Source: Perna viridis | Taxonomy: Eukaryota | Assembly (NCBI GenBank): GCA_037379345.1 | Contig: CM074520.1 | Span: forward strand, 10,726,001 to 10,790,000 | Direction: 5' to 3' | DNA: 64,000 nt | Part shown: positions 52,521 to 64,000 of the stretch, piece by piece | Numbering within the stretch: the stretch's first letter is position 1 | Layout of the letters: each line of letters opens with the position of its first letter | Position numbers and translations under genes: made by a program | The notes under the pieces: model-generated | The model's input: only the letters and a program-made list of their open reading frames with translations | What the model was told of the DNA's origin: nothing | Databases searched by the model: none

Positions 52521-53636
52521 ATTTGTAGTTTTACTCTTTGTAGAGGAACTACAATACTTTCATTGAAAATATCTCGGTGCAGTAAAAAGATGATTTCCAG
52601 GTTCTAATCGACATGCATTCATAGTTTACGCTTCCTTTCAGACATTTGAGTATATCTCATTACTAGAAAGGTCAAAAGCTAAACTGCTATCAATAATGTG
52701 CAATAAATCAATTCTACTTTAAAGATGTGGACGAAGTTTCAAATCAAAATGCTGTTGACTATCTGAGTACAAGTTTATTTCATAATAAATAGCAAAGTTG
52801 TAGAAACCTAAATTAAAAAGATATTTAATTACTTTTACGATTATATGCTTTGCCCTTTCGGATTCTCAGTGATAAAAAAATGACTAAATCATAATTAGAA
52901 AACAAATGTAAGGAAATTATGTTAGTCATAATATAAATGACAATACAGGTACTTGTTTGAATGTAATAGGAAAGAATTTGAATATATCGTTGTAATACGT
53001 AAACAAATAAGAAAACCACTTTTTATTGACGAAAAATTCGGAAGCGTAAAAGGAGACAATTCAGAAACTCATAATTCCAATACATAGTAGAAACGTGATA
53101 ACAAGAAACAAAGAAAATCTACAGACAAATTGTAGAGTTCAGAATAAAATAACATTAAATATAAAAATGAAAAAAAAAATGATATCGAAAACAATAAAAA
53201 TAAAGCACTTGCAATATGAATTTTTACAAAATCCTCAAGTCAAAGTATGTAATTCGGAAGGATAAACATTTCCTGCTGCCCTTGTGGCACCCATTACCTT
53301 GCATGTGAGAAAACCTCAGTTTGAATATCAAGCTACAATAATGACCCCCTTCACTCCCTGTCAAGGCGAATTCACAAAAAAGTACTATCAACAACGACAG
53401 AGCTACGCCCTTTGTAATTCACAGCTAGGCGATATTATCCAAATTTACAAGGTTTCATGGTGATCATCTACATCAGAAAATTTAACCTTCATATTCCAAT
53501 CGGTTGATATCGAACATGATGGAACATAATGATAAATCGTGCCGAAATTTGAAACTTGTTTTTTTTCAGACATTTTTTATCTCTGTCTAATTTAAACTGC
53601 CATATTTTCTTTATCTATATTATTAAGACACAAACT

Positions 53637-53931
53637 TGGTGTACGCATATGTCCATAATGTCTATTATAACAGGCACAATCTTCTATTGACGGCTGGCAA
53701 AAACATTTAATGCTTGTATTTGAAAATAATTGTATTCGTCATAATCGTTACATCGACAATGTCGATCAACTTCATTGCTACCTTTGTCATAATCAATTTG
53801 ACCTTCTTCAGTACAAAGCGATTTCCTGTAAACGCAATCATAGCTCCCATTAGTCCGAAACGTGAATGGTTGATATGTTTCTATTTCGCATTCTATACCA
53901 TGTAAATTTCCAGCAAAAACTTTTTGGTGTC
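53637..53931 (-). pseudogene. Cys-rich TNFR-like ectodomain exon
   Basis: Acceptor cgcag at 53932, then GHQKVFAGNLHGIECEIETYQPFTFRTNGSYDCVYRKSLCTEEGQIDYDKGSNEVDRHCRC and, after a frameshift, ..QPSIEDCACY. Not in the ORF track because it has no start codon. Confidence 0.6.
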
Positions 53932-54451
53932 CTGCGATTACAAAAATGCTTTCCTTAATAATGTACAGAACTTAAAAAAGAAACAGTGTATTGACTATAA
54001 TATATAGTAAATGTACACAGTCACAATATTTCAATTTTTAGTGCATATATTTACAACAATACAATTATACTTCTATATCTAAATTGTGGTATTACTACTT
54101 TTACTTAGTTTTTGTAAATTGATTTTTTATCTTGTGTGAGAAATGTAATTTTTGTCCCTAGAAAGTTGCGAGTTCTCAGTCGTTGATTGACTGAAATAGA
54201 AATAATTGATTGGTAGTGTGATTGTATCTCATTGTTTAAAAAATTCCGTAGGTCGGATGTGACGTTGTGATTTTTCTAACAATATTCACCCGTAACAACT
54301 ATTGACATTATAGACAGACAATAACTAAAGTTTCCGCCAAGACACAGATGCCGAATGAAACCTTAGTGTTCGTTTAAAAAACAAAAAAAAAGAGAAACAG
54401 AGTCTACATTTTTAGCTCGTTGATTATGAAAGTATCAAATTTCTAGAATCA

Positions 54452-54757
54452 ATACGGTGTATCCATCTGCGACATGAAAACTGATTTGTTCAACGTGTCA
54501 TAGTTTTCCTTTCCTCTTTTGGACATGACTTTTTATGAACAACCCAGCGAGTGTTTCTAGAAAAGCAGAGGACGCTTACCCTACCGGTGCACCTGGTCCA
54601 TGCTCCCAGTTTTGTGGAGTCCGAGTTGCTAATTTGCTTTTGTTACTTTGTATGTATGATTTTAGTTACTTTGTGTTTTTTGTTGTGTCTGTCTTCCATG
54701 TGTGGTCTTTGTCCCTTTTGATTACCGCTACAACCTTGGTTCCTTTGATTTCTCTTA
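54452..54757 (+). mobile_element. Penelope-like 3' end
   Basis: Reverse complement of ~47290-47620 (AGAGGACGCTTACCCTACCG...CTTGGTTCCCTTGATTACTC). Confidence 0.8.
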
Positions 54758-57700
54758 CAAAAGGCATGCGTGTGATGCGTTTTACGCTCTCATTATCATA
54801 CTCTTACGACATAAACTCCTATAAAAAAGGAAAAACATCCTGAACTGACACGTCATATCAATTAATTGAAATATTTTTGACGACCGTAAAGCTTTGTAGT
54901 CAATAAAGAGCTCGTTGTCGCAGTAGTTTTTTGTTAATCGGTTAATTGCTCTATCCAGCAAATCAGTGTAACAGTGGCACGTTCCGGAAAAGCCGAAAAA
55001 TGTAATAACGTTGAAGCTACAGCAGGCCGATTGTGAATATTAACAAAAGTTGATAGGGACTTCAAAGACCCCGTATTTTCATAAACGTTTATTGAAAAGC
55101 TTCCTACTTTCGAAATAATGAATTTCTATATTAGTGCAATGATCAAACACAGACTTCAGTACATTCGTGTTTATGTTACACTTAACTTTTCAAGAAAGAT
55201 CAGGTAACAATAGTGACGTATTCAAGTCGATTATGGGTGAACCCTTAAAATATTTATACTTCTTTTAAACAGGACAAATTATATCAACCAATATGGCCTA
55301 GATTCTTTTTTTTTCTTAACGACTCCCATTTGGAGTGAAATACCAAGTGAACAAGTAATAAAGTACGTGACTATCATTTTTCACCATAACATCACTTATG
55401 TCTTTCTTCTTTGTTTCATTTTTTTGATGCTGGTATATGTGTGTCTTGTTTGTTCTTGTTTGGAATCAAGGGAAGTAATCGTTGGAATACTGACCAACAA
55501 AAATCAAAACTGTTATCTTGTGGATAAAGTTCCAACTACAAAGGACAACTACAAAACGTAGATTTGTCTCCACATTAAGGGACAAAACAACAAGAATTAT
55601 TGTGGATATCATTATTGTGATATAATCATTATGAAACATGAACTTTTTGTAATTTTTGCAGGTGTAAACTATAAAACTTGTGCTTTATGCATGTTAAAAA
55701 CACAGAATTTTCGGTTAATTTTGTCATGAAAAATAACACTAGTTCGTTTTACCGACTGCTACCAATGTATACTTAATACATTGGTTTATTATAAATGTAT
55801 TATTTAGAAGTTTTAAAAACGAAACAAGCATCACATACAGGTCTTCCTATAAAATTTTGCTCTTTTTCAGCATTCCTACTTTGAAGTGTTTATTAACACA
55901 CTCTTTTTGGGCTACAAGCCTCGCAGGACTGGGAATCTGATATGTTTATCTAAGGAAAATATTCTCAAATGCCTCTGAAAGAAGACACTCATAGAACCCA
56001 TAAGCCTCCTGTTTGCAAAGCAGACGAAAATTTATCATGCAGTGTTACACTGGACTCTTGTGGAGGACAATTTAAAAAGTGATTTACATCCCTTTCATAT
56101 TGAGGCTAACTGTTGCATTTGTTTATCCAACTACCAAACCTAAATTCTCTTGAATTTATCAAATTATACAATGAGTTTAAACCTTTAGTTTGTAGCGAGG
56201 TATATGACCTTGTTTATCAAAGTGAGCCATGTATTTATCTCCGGTATATTGGCATTATATGACATAAAGGGCTGTTTCGTTTTCAAGTATTTTTGTACCC
56301 CAAGGTATATCTTTACTGTCATTCATATACATATCATTTTGTGAATCTGTTTAAGAGACATTAACTAGATAAGTAGTTAAATATTTTTTTTTTCCATTTT
56401 AGGTATTTTTGTTATTATCTTAAGTGTTAATTTGTTTATGTTCCCCATTGCTGGTAAAAGGAAATTATTTTGAATTATTTCCTTCCTGATATCCGCAATT
56501 ATAAAATAGTAAAATAAGAAAAAAGTTTCCTCAACTCACAACACATTACAATGACCAGTTTTGATATCATCAACGTATGAGTTTACTTAGCTGTATTTAT
56601 TACAGTGATTTTTGGAATGGACGTTTGTTCAAAACGTACAAGGTAAATCATATTGTGTATAGAACATTGACTTTAAACAGATTTAATATAAGGTGTATAG
56701 TAAATATAATGAATAATTTGTATAGGAATGATTTGCCATACATGTGCATGTATTTATTTTATAATGAAATGTCCTGCCGTTGTCGTATAGAATCTATGCA
56801 CGTTGATGATGCATTACTGTCTTCAGTTATACATGTAGAAATAATGCACTTTATTTTTTAAAATGTAAACGACATATTACTGCAACAATTAAGGAAAAAT
56901 AATATGTATTAATTAGGAATATATTCAATTATTGAAAACTGTAGGAAGGCTTTGATTTTTTTCAAAATCCGATGTGAAGATCTGGAGTAAAAAATAAATG
57001 CAAATTTTCGGCTTAAATGTAATTTAAGTATATGACTTCCTAAAATCAAAACAATTCATAAGTAAAATGAATATTCATTAAATACAAGTCTAGTTAGTTG
57101 TATAAAAAGTTTGTAGTACTGTCATATGGTAAATTTCATTTCGTTTTCTCTGATAAAACAAAGGCAAGGTTAGAATGCATTTTATTGTTTCATTACAGGT
57201 TGAATAATGTAAATACTACAGCTTATTTCGTTTGTCATCCGCTGATTGAAATTAAAAAAAAACAACTTTTGGTAAGTGCCATGTTGTATTACAATCGTCT
57301 TTCCTATATTTTCAATTTCACTTACAAAAGTGGAAACACTAATGAACTGTGTCGGCACAATCACATTTTGGTCCAAACAATGCAGACAAAACTGGGCGTT
57401 GATGATCTATCCTAGGTCTTCCGCGACTATCGCTAGCTTTTGGGACCCTAAGTCACAATGATCGAAAAGAAAAATATAGAGGGAGAAAATCATATTAAAA
57501 GAAACTTCGATATTTAACGAGTCAATATATAGACATTTCCATCTTCATGTGACCTAGAATGGCAAAGAGAAATGAATGTTGAAATGCGACCTCACTCATC
57601 TCGGTTACAAAGGGATTATTGAGTGATGAATTATTTTATATATTGTGGAAACTGAAATTATCGCACTGTGTCAACTTGCATTTCTTTTGACGGTGTAAGT

Positions 57701-59547
57701 TTCGGGTGTAGTCTACACCATAGGATCATTGGAAAAGAGTAGCAAGTAAGGTTCTCAACCCGTGTACTTGTTGGGATGCCTAATGTACTTTGAAAAAAAC
57801 TAATTTACTAAAATGAAGTCAAAACGTTCAACATAGAAAGTAGTTCTTCGTCTACTTATTTGTTGTTGGATTTAATATAAAGTATGATTTCTCTCGGTCA
57901 GTGACAAGATACGTACGCCTGTAATTCCCGTCCTTTGTGTTAAAACAGGGTTAAATTACAACTTTCAATCATTATTTGTTTAGCTTTAAATTGAGATAGT
58001 AGTATTAGACTGGGTACATTGGAAGCTCTAATATGATTACCTATGATTTTGTCTTATTAAATAATTGTTATTGAACGTCTTGAACGGCATGTCTTGTTCC
58101 CTTTCCCAGGTATTTAATAAAATATAGGCGATGATTTATCTGTTTATCGGTATACACAAAATCATATTTTTTTTATTTTGGTATAAGGCTTATGTGTCTT
58201 TGAAAAAAGATGTTGCTTTGACCTTTAAATGTATCAATAATAGCACGTTCCGTAGGATTTAGTGAAAACAAAAGCATGAAATATCTACATAAAACAGCAA
58301 AAAATATGAAGACGCCACAGTCACATAACAAAATTAGCTATTTTAAGGCAATTTTTTATCCAATCAGAAAGCTTGTTACATCTGAAATTATTTGAGTTAA
58401 AAATTCCATCCAGGTAACCCTGTACTGAATCAATTTTTATCGATTGTTTGAATTTACATGCCAAAAATAGTTACTAAATAGAAAAGAGGATGTGATAAAA
58501 AGAGCAGTCAAGAAACCAATATTCTAGGGGGGAATCAAAAGAATGCAATACAGGTACAAACCAACAAAAGTAAATGAGCAACTCGGACCCAACTTAAAAC
58601 TGGGAGCATGGAATAGGTGCACCGATAGAGTAAGAAAAAGGAAAGTACCAAGAATAACTTTAAAAAGCATCTAAACACAGGCTTGCTGATGTAAAATGGT
58701 ATTTTTTTATTTACTTTCACAATTCGGTGTGAGTAAGGATGAAAATTCATTTGTCTTTAAAACATAACACACATAGCAGGTGCCCCAGTTAAGGTTCGTT
58801 TTCTGTTTACAAGGAATACATAGATGTTTGAGCACAAAAATCTGATATCTTGCATAATTGCACTACAAGCTAGGGCCTAAATGTTCATGTCAAATTGATT
58901 TTAGCAAACTCCTGGTCGAATTTGTTTGTCAAATCATTCACACTTTTGCTACAATTGTTGACATTATGTCCTTTGATACATGGATAAGCTGGAGATAAGT
59001 TCTACAAATTGACACATACACAAATATGTGTCATGTGAAGCGCTTAGTTACTTGGTATCTAGTTTCAAAAGAACATACATTTATATAAAATAAAACATAA
59101 AGGTCATAGAATATGATTTTATCGCTTAGGTCTAATGAATTTCTCCATTTTGCAAATGCTGCTGTCCGTAAATGCATCTGAATGGTTTCGCAGTTTAGAT
59201 GATTAATAAATTTGTGTCTCTTTTGACCACAAAAAAAAAATTAAAATAAAAAAAAATAATAGCCTGGAATCCTTCCCTTATCGGAATAATGCCCACATTT
59301 TTTGTAAATATTTTGATCCGTCCCTTCGCTGTATGTGAAGACTGCTATTTTGATTGATACTCAGCATCATAGACTTGTAATTTGAATCTTTGTTAGAATC
59401 CCTTTATATAATTTTATTTCAAGGATTACATATTGTTTCATATTGCATAGGGTTTTCAAATTTGAATCTAATATTTCTACAAAATTTGATTATCGAAAGT
59501 GAACAACCGGTTTATTTAGATAACTGCATGTATGGTATAAGGACTGA

Positions 59548-60790
59548 ATGAGGAAGGTTTTAACGACCTTGACTACCCTGTTGGGTCTCGCACTGACGAA
59601 CGGTAGGGTATTAGATATTAACTATTTAAAATTGGATTGCTGTTCAAACCAAATTAATCAGTATCAACGAGTATTTATCATTATTTTAAGTCTTGAAATT
59701 CCACACTGCGTTTTTGCTTGTGTTTTAGGATGCAAACCTGGATCTGTTTTCAGTGAAACACAAGTTATGACATGTGTCAAGTGTACAATGGGTGCTTATA
59801 GAATTGGTTGTGCAGAGACTTGTGAATGTGGACCAACTTAGAGGTAACTGTAATACCGTAACCCGTCTGAAACTTTTCTTTTTCGAGAATTTCGAATCTC
59901 AAACAATATTATATAATTAATAGGTAATCTTATTGTTTTACAACAGTCTTACTCTGCCTTCCCACATTTGTCGTCTTGTTAATATGTTACGAGCCTTTTT
60001 GTCATGGTTGTAACAAATCGATACTACTTTGTTGCTATCGTCTGTGCGTTCTCCCGTTTTCATTATTTAAATGTATGGATCGTGTGTGAAAAGAAGATCA
60101 ACAAGTATGGAATTATAAACAGACACAAAAACATGGTAACACATCAACATAAGTATGAATTTGTTCACGAGTAGCTATCAATTGAAAATATAGTTAAATT
60201 ATAGAATTTTGATATATATTTTTGCTGGCTGATTCCCAGTCATATGTTACATTTGTATGTTGCTTTCTAGGAAAAACGTGTTGATTCTACCTTCAATTAT
60301 GCTATTATCATTTTCTCTGTAGATGTGATAATGTAGATGGTTGCGTTTCTACGACCGTCGATCACCGTTCAAAACTCTTATGAATAACATCTTAGACACC
60401 AATAACAAGGAACATAAATACACAGTACATGAAACTGTATGCATCGATTGAGTATCTAAAAGAATCGCCATATTTCTGGACGTACCAAAATGTATATAAT
60501 ACGCTATTATGTTTTGTCTTTAAAGTTCTTATAGAATCTGTTCATATGAAATGTTTTGCGAAAACTAAGAATACTCACTGTCATGTTTATTGATAAGCAT
60601 TGATAAAGGTCGAATGAAACAAATTGGAAATGTTCTTTCAGGTACCCCGACGTTATCATTTCTATATCCTGTATCGCCGCCATCGGTTAAGCATAGCCTT
60701 TGGTATCGCTGCCTTTAGGAATCGAGAATAGTTGGCCGAGAAAAGCAGAGTATGGAGAAGAGACTGGATGTAACTGCTATAATGGAAGGT
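59548..60790 (+). pseudogene. Decayed paralogue of the EGF-like/TM receptor gene
   Basis: Exons 59548-59602 (signal-like), 59729-59843 (GCKPG..CVKCTMGAYRIGCAETCEC, TAG stop), 60323- (RCDNVDGCVSTT) and 60642- (ISCIAAIG..SIAFGIAAFRNRE, frameshifted). Same exon architecture as 2955/5235/10405. Confidence 0.75.
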
Positions 60791-61078
60791 GAAAAAATAA
60801 AAAAAAGTATACTTGATGGCTATTTCCAATAACAGACATCTTGTGTTTCAGACATATTGACAGTTTATGAACTTATAGTAGCAAAATTGATCAATAGGAT
60901 TCTAAGCGTTTGGTTTACCCACTTGATCGTCTCTTTCGTTTTTTTTTTCTGGTAGCATTCTGTATGTTAATTTGTATGGACATGGTACGTCACCTAGCTA
61001 AGTTTTCCATTTATTATATAAAATTGAAATTTGTCTAATTTACAAAATTCTACGGTATAACATATACAGTACATATGT

Positions 61079-61207
61079 NNNNNNNNNNNNNNNNNNNNNN
61101 NNNNNNNNNNNNNNNNNNNNNNNNNNNNNNNNNNNNNNNNNNNNNNNNNNNNNNNNNNNNNNNNNNNNNNNNNNNNNNNNNNNNNNNNNNNNNNNNNNNN
61201 NNNNNNN
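61079..61207. other. Assembly gap (N run)
   Basis: Run of n. Confidence 1.
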
Positions 61208-61424
61208 TAGTATGAACTTTGAGAAGTACTTAGCTTTTGTTTGTCCCTACTTGTGGGTCTTCCCTGCTGATATTTGTACGAAATGCAAAATATGGCATGT
61301 ATGGAACGGCCAAAGGCAAACAAATCACCATTCCTATTTTAGAAATCTAAATTTAGAACGAACCAAAGTAAAAAAAAAACTGAAAGTTATTTTTTTTAAT
61401 ATTATTTCGTTCCAAATTTTTGAA

Positions 61425-61797
61425 TGCAGGCGGTGTTGCCATAGATATCACAGCGGTACGAGTTCGAGTCCCGCGGAGGAAACGACCAACAATTTGCATC
61501 ACAAATTTAATAGTTCTAACATCGTTGGGAATTTTTCAGACCTTTCTATACGTTTACATATCTTCCCTGCATCAATTTGATCCAATGGAGAAGTGTAGCG
61601 AATAGAATCGTCACATTCTGAGACGTATATATATATATGTAAAGGTCTGAAAAATTCCCGACAATGTTAGAACTGTCAAATTTGCGATGCAAATTTTTGG
61701 TCGTTCCCTCCGCGGGACTCGAACTCGTACCGCTGTGACATCTATGGCAACACCGCCTGCACAAAGTCCAGTGCCCTAGACCACTCGGCCAGCTAGG
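61425..61797. mobile_element. Two inverted copies of a tRNA-derived SINE separated by (TA)n
   Basis: Minus-strand head AGCTGGCCGAGTGGTCTAGGGC (A-box-like) ... GAGTTCGAGTCCC (B-box-like). Plus copy at 61425-61626. A further tail fragment lies at 61968-62000. Confidence 0.75.
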
Positions 61798-63024
61798 CTA
61801 TATAAATTATAGCTTTCGCTGGCCAGGTCATTCCTCCTCGTAGGATTAATCTAGGGCTATAACTTAGGACACGATGTATAGTAGTACGGGACAGTTCATT
61901 TAGATGTTATTATGTAGGATAGAGGACCAAACTAATGATGCATGTCACAACAAATCAATATTATACAACGTCTCAGAATGTGACGACTCTATTCGCTACA
62001 TGACTAATGAGATCTTAAATCATAATATTGAAGTAAGGGGAATAACTCATAATCAACTTTATTCAACAATACATACAGCGTGTCATGATGTCAAGTTCGG
62101 ATAATTGTCGACTATTTTCAAGTTATCTATTACGCTAACAACATGCTACTTAGTAAAGTATTACTTGTTTCACCGTAATTTTAATTTTGCGCATCAGTTG
62201 CTTGACACGTCGCGGATTATATGGTACGAGCCGCTGATGTATCTGTTATCATCGCTTTTTCTTGTGAGACCTCTTGGTTCAGTTTTAATATTAAATCTTT
62301 TTTATTTTGTTCGATACATTGTTAATTCGTGAATTTATATCTCTGTTTTATGTGTTTACAATTACCAATATTTTAGGATTTTGACGTTTTTGAATCCTAG
62401 AGCTTACGCTTCGCTTTTTGTTTTGTTTTGTTTTGTTTTTGCTTTGTTGTTGCTGACATTTATATGTAATTTCTAAAATTATGTTTATGTTTTAAAGAAA
62501 ATTTAATATTATTTTCCAAGACATATTTCGCTATCTCAGAATATATGTTATTTATTGTGCATAAAGAGATATTGTTCTGTAACTGTATAGCCTTTGCCAT
62601 TTACATCAGGAAACTATATGTATTTTTTCAAAGTAATTATAAGCGTCATTTTCTTTTTTAAAAAAATAATATAAATGCACAATATGCACCGATTAAGTTT
62701 GAAATGTATTGATATTTTCAGATCTAAATACTCAATAAAATACTGTAAAAGGACATATTTGGACAAAACAACTCGTTTGCTGAAGCATATGTGGTTCATG
62801 CATGTATTTACGGATGGTAAAGCCACCTGCAAATGCCTTTAATTCCTTAGAAATTAGTATCTTATGAGCAGAAACGATACTTGTGAAACGTATTTTTACT
62901 GCTGTTTACCGGGAAAAAAAATAAACGAATATATGGAAAATAGATCAGTCGATAATTTCCTGATATTTATTTCCAATGCAGTTAAGTATACATTTGTTAT
63001 ATTATTACAACATTTATTTTTGAT

Positions 63025-63125
63025 ACCTCATATATCACTGTCTATATGTCTTGTATCGCTACCATTTGATTGACCATAGCGTTTGGTGTCGCTGCCTTCA
63101 GGAATAGAAACATGGTAGAGACAGA
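63025..63125 (+). pseudogene. Third copy of the TM exon (YMSCIATI*LTIAFGVAAFRNR)
   Basis: Nucleotide similarity to 10420-10490 and 60660-60725; in-frame stop. Confidence 0.7.
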
Positions 63126-64000
63126 AAAAGGTACAAAGTTTCTTAGACTGTAAAATTGTTATATTCAATATGTGAAATCTGATGTTAGAAAGAGTGTTAA
63201 CTTCTATGAAGACAAAAATGAGAAATATATGATAAACAACTTCAACCTACTCAATAGAGAGAATATTTGATGTTATCTGAAATTTTTTCTAACAATTACT
63301 ATTGTTGGAATAATTTGCATATTTTGTTTACTAAACTGTTTTTGGTGTTGTTTTTTTTTGTTGTTGTTTGTTTGTTTTTTGTTTATTTATTTATTTATTT
63401 TATTTTATTTTATTTTTGTAGAATTAAAAAAATCAATTTCTTTTCTGAGACTTTGGATGACAGATTTTGTACTTTTAGCCCGTACGATCTAGCTTTTTGT
63501 AAACATTTATTTGATAGTTGGTAGGTAAACTAGATAGGTATAGGTTTGTATGAGGATATATGTTTTGTAATCCAATTTATGAGTGTAGCATCATTAAATA
63601 TGGTTAAATGTATTTCCATACATTTAAAGTTTAAGCCCATGCAACGAACTGCGAGAATGTAATTTTTATTGATAATGTTTTTGATACCACTGCTGGTGGA
63701 CCTGAGGTCCCAGAGGGTATTCACCAACCCAGTAGTCAGACTTGTCTGACCCGAAAAATATCACATTTTATCTACCCTATTCATAAAATCTTACAGTATT
63801 CCAAACTTAAAATACGTAAAACACCGAGGCTTCGTTCCTTGCATTGGATGTGGTAGAACCTCACGGTGATTGATTTGGCTTCCCTTTTAGAAATGGTTAT
63901 GAGTACTTCTTGTACAAAACTAATATTCTGATTATGATCTTCCTACATATTCGATTTTAATGCTGCTGATGAGAGGTTACTCCCTGAACACATGTAGAGC

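Noticed and set aside
61700-61797. Functional tRNA gene
   Set aside because: It has A/B-box-like motifs but no convincing cloverleaf or acceptor stem, and it is fused to a repeated body; it is a SINE head.
258-63727. Most remaining 60-130 aa ORFs in the track
   Set aside because: Low-complexity F/I/L/K-rich translations of AT-rich or repeat DNA, antisense to real exons, or spanning N gaps; no recognisable motifs.

Overview
AT-rich, intron-containing eukaryotic DNA. The repeat families and gene types point to a bivalve mollusc (mussel/oyster-like; inference). The dominant structure is a 22.9-kb cut-and-paste DNA transposon (13262-36154) with ~261-bp TIRs (TATGG...CCATA) and a perfect 6-bp TSD (GTAAGA), inserted into an L1/Tx1 LINE relic. 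It carries two convergent genes. The first is an IS3EU-like DDE integrase/transposase (minus strand, two premature stops). The second is a 7-exon plus-strand gene, invisible as a single ORF, encoding CIDE-N + a transposon-associated 'GGGTR' domain + acidic linker + C-terminal IAP/MDM2-style RING. That CIDE-N-RING cargo is the most unusual object here. The flanks hold a small EGF-like/TM/Tyr-motif receptor gene (2.7-10.7 kb) with decayed paralogues (59.5-63.1 kb) and a decayed STAND-NTPase-ankyrin gene with an upstream Cys-rich TNFR-like exon. They also contain many Penelope-like fragments, tRNA-derived SINEs, MITEs, Helentron-like satellite carriers, microsatellites and two N gaps. All gene models were assembled by eye from splice signals and need RNA-seq or HMM confirmation.
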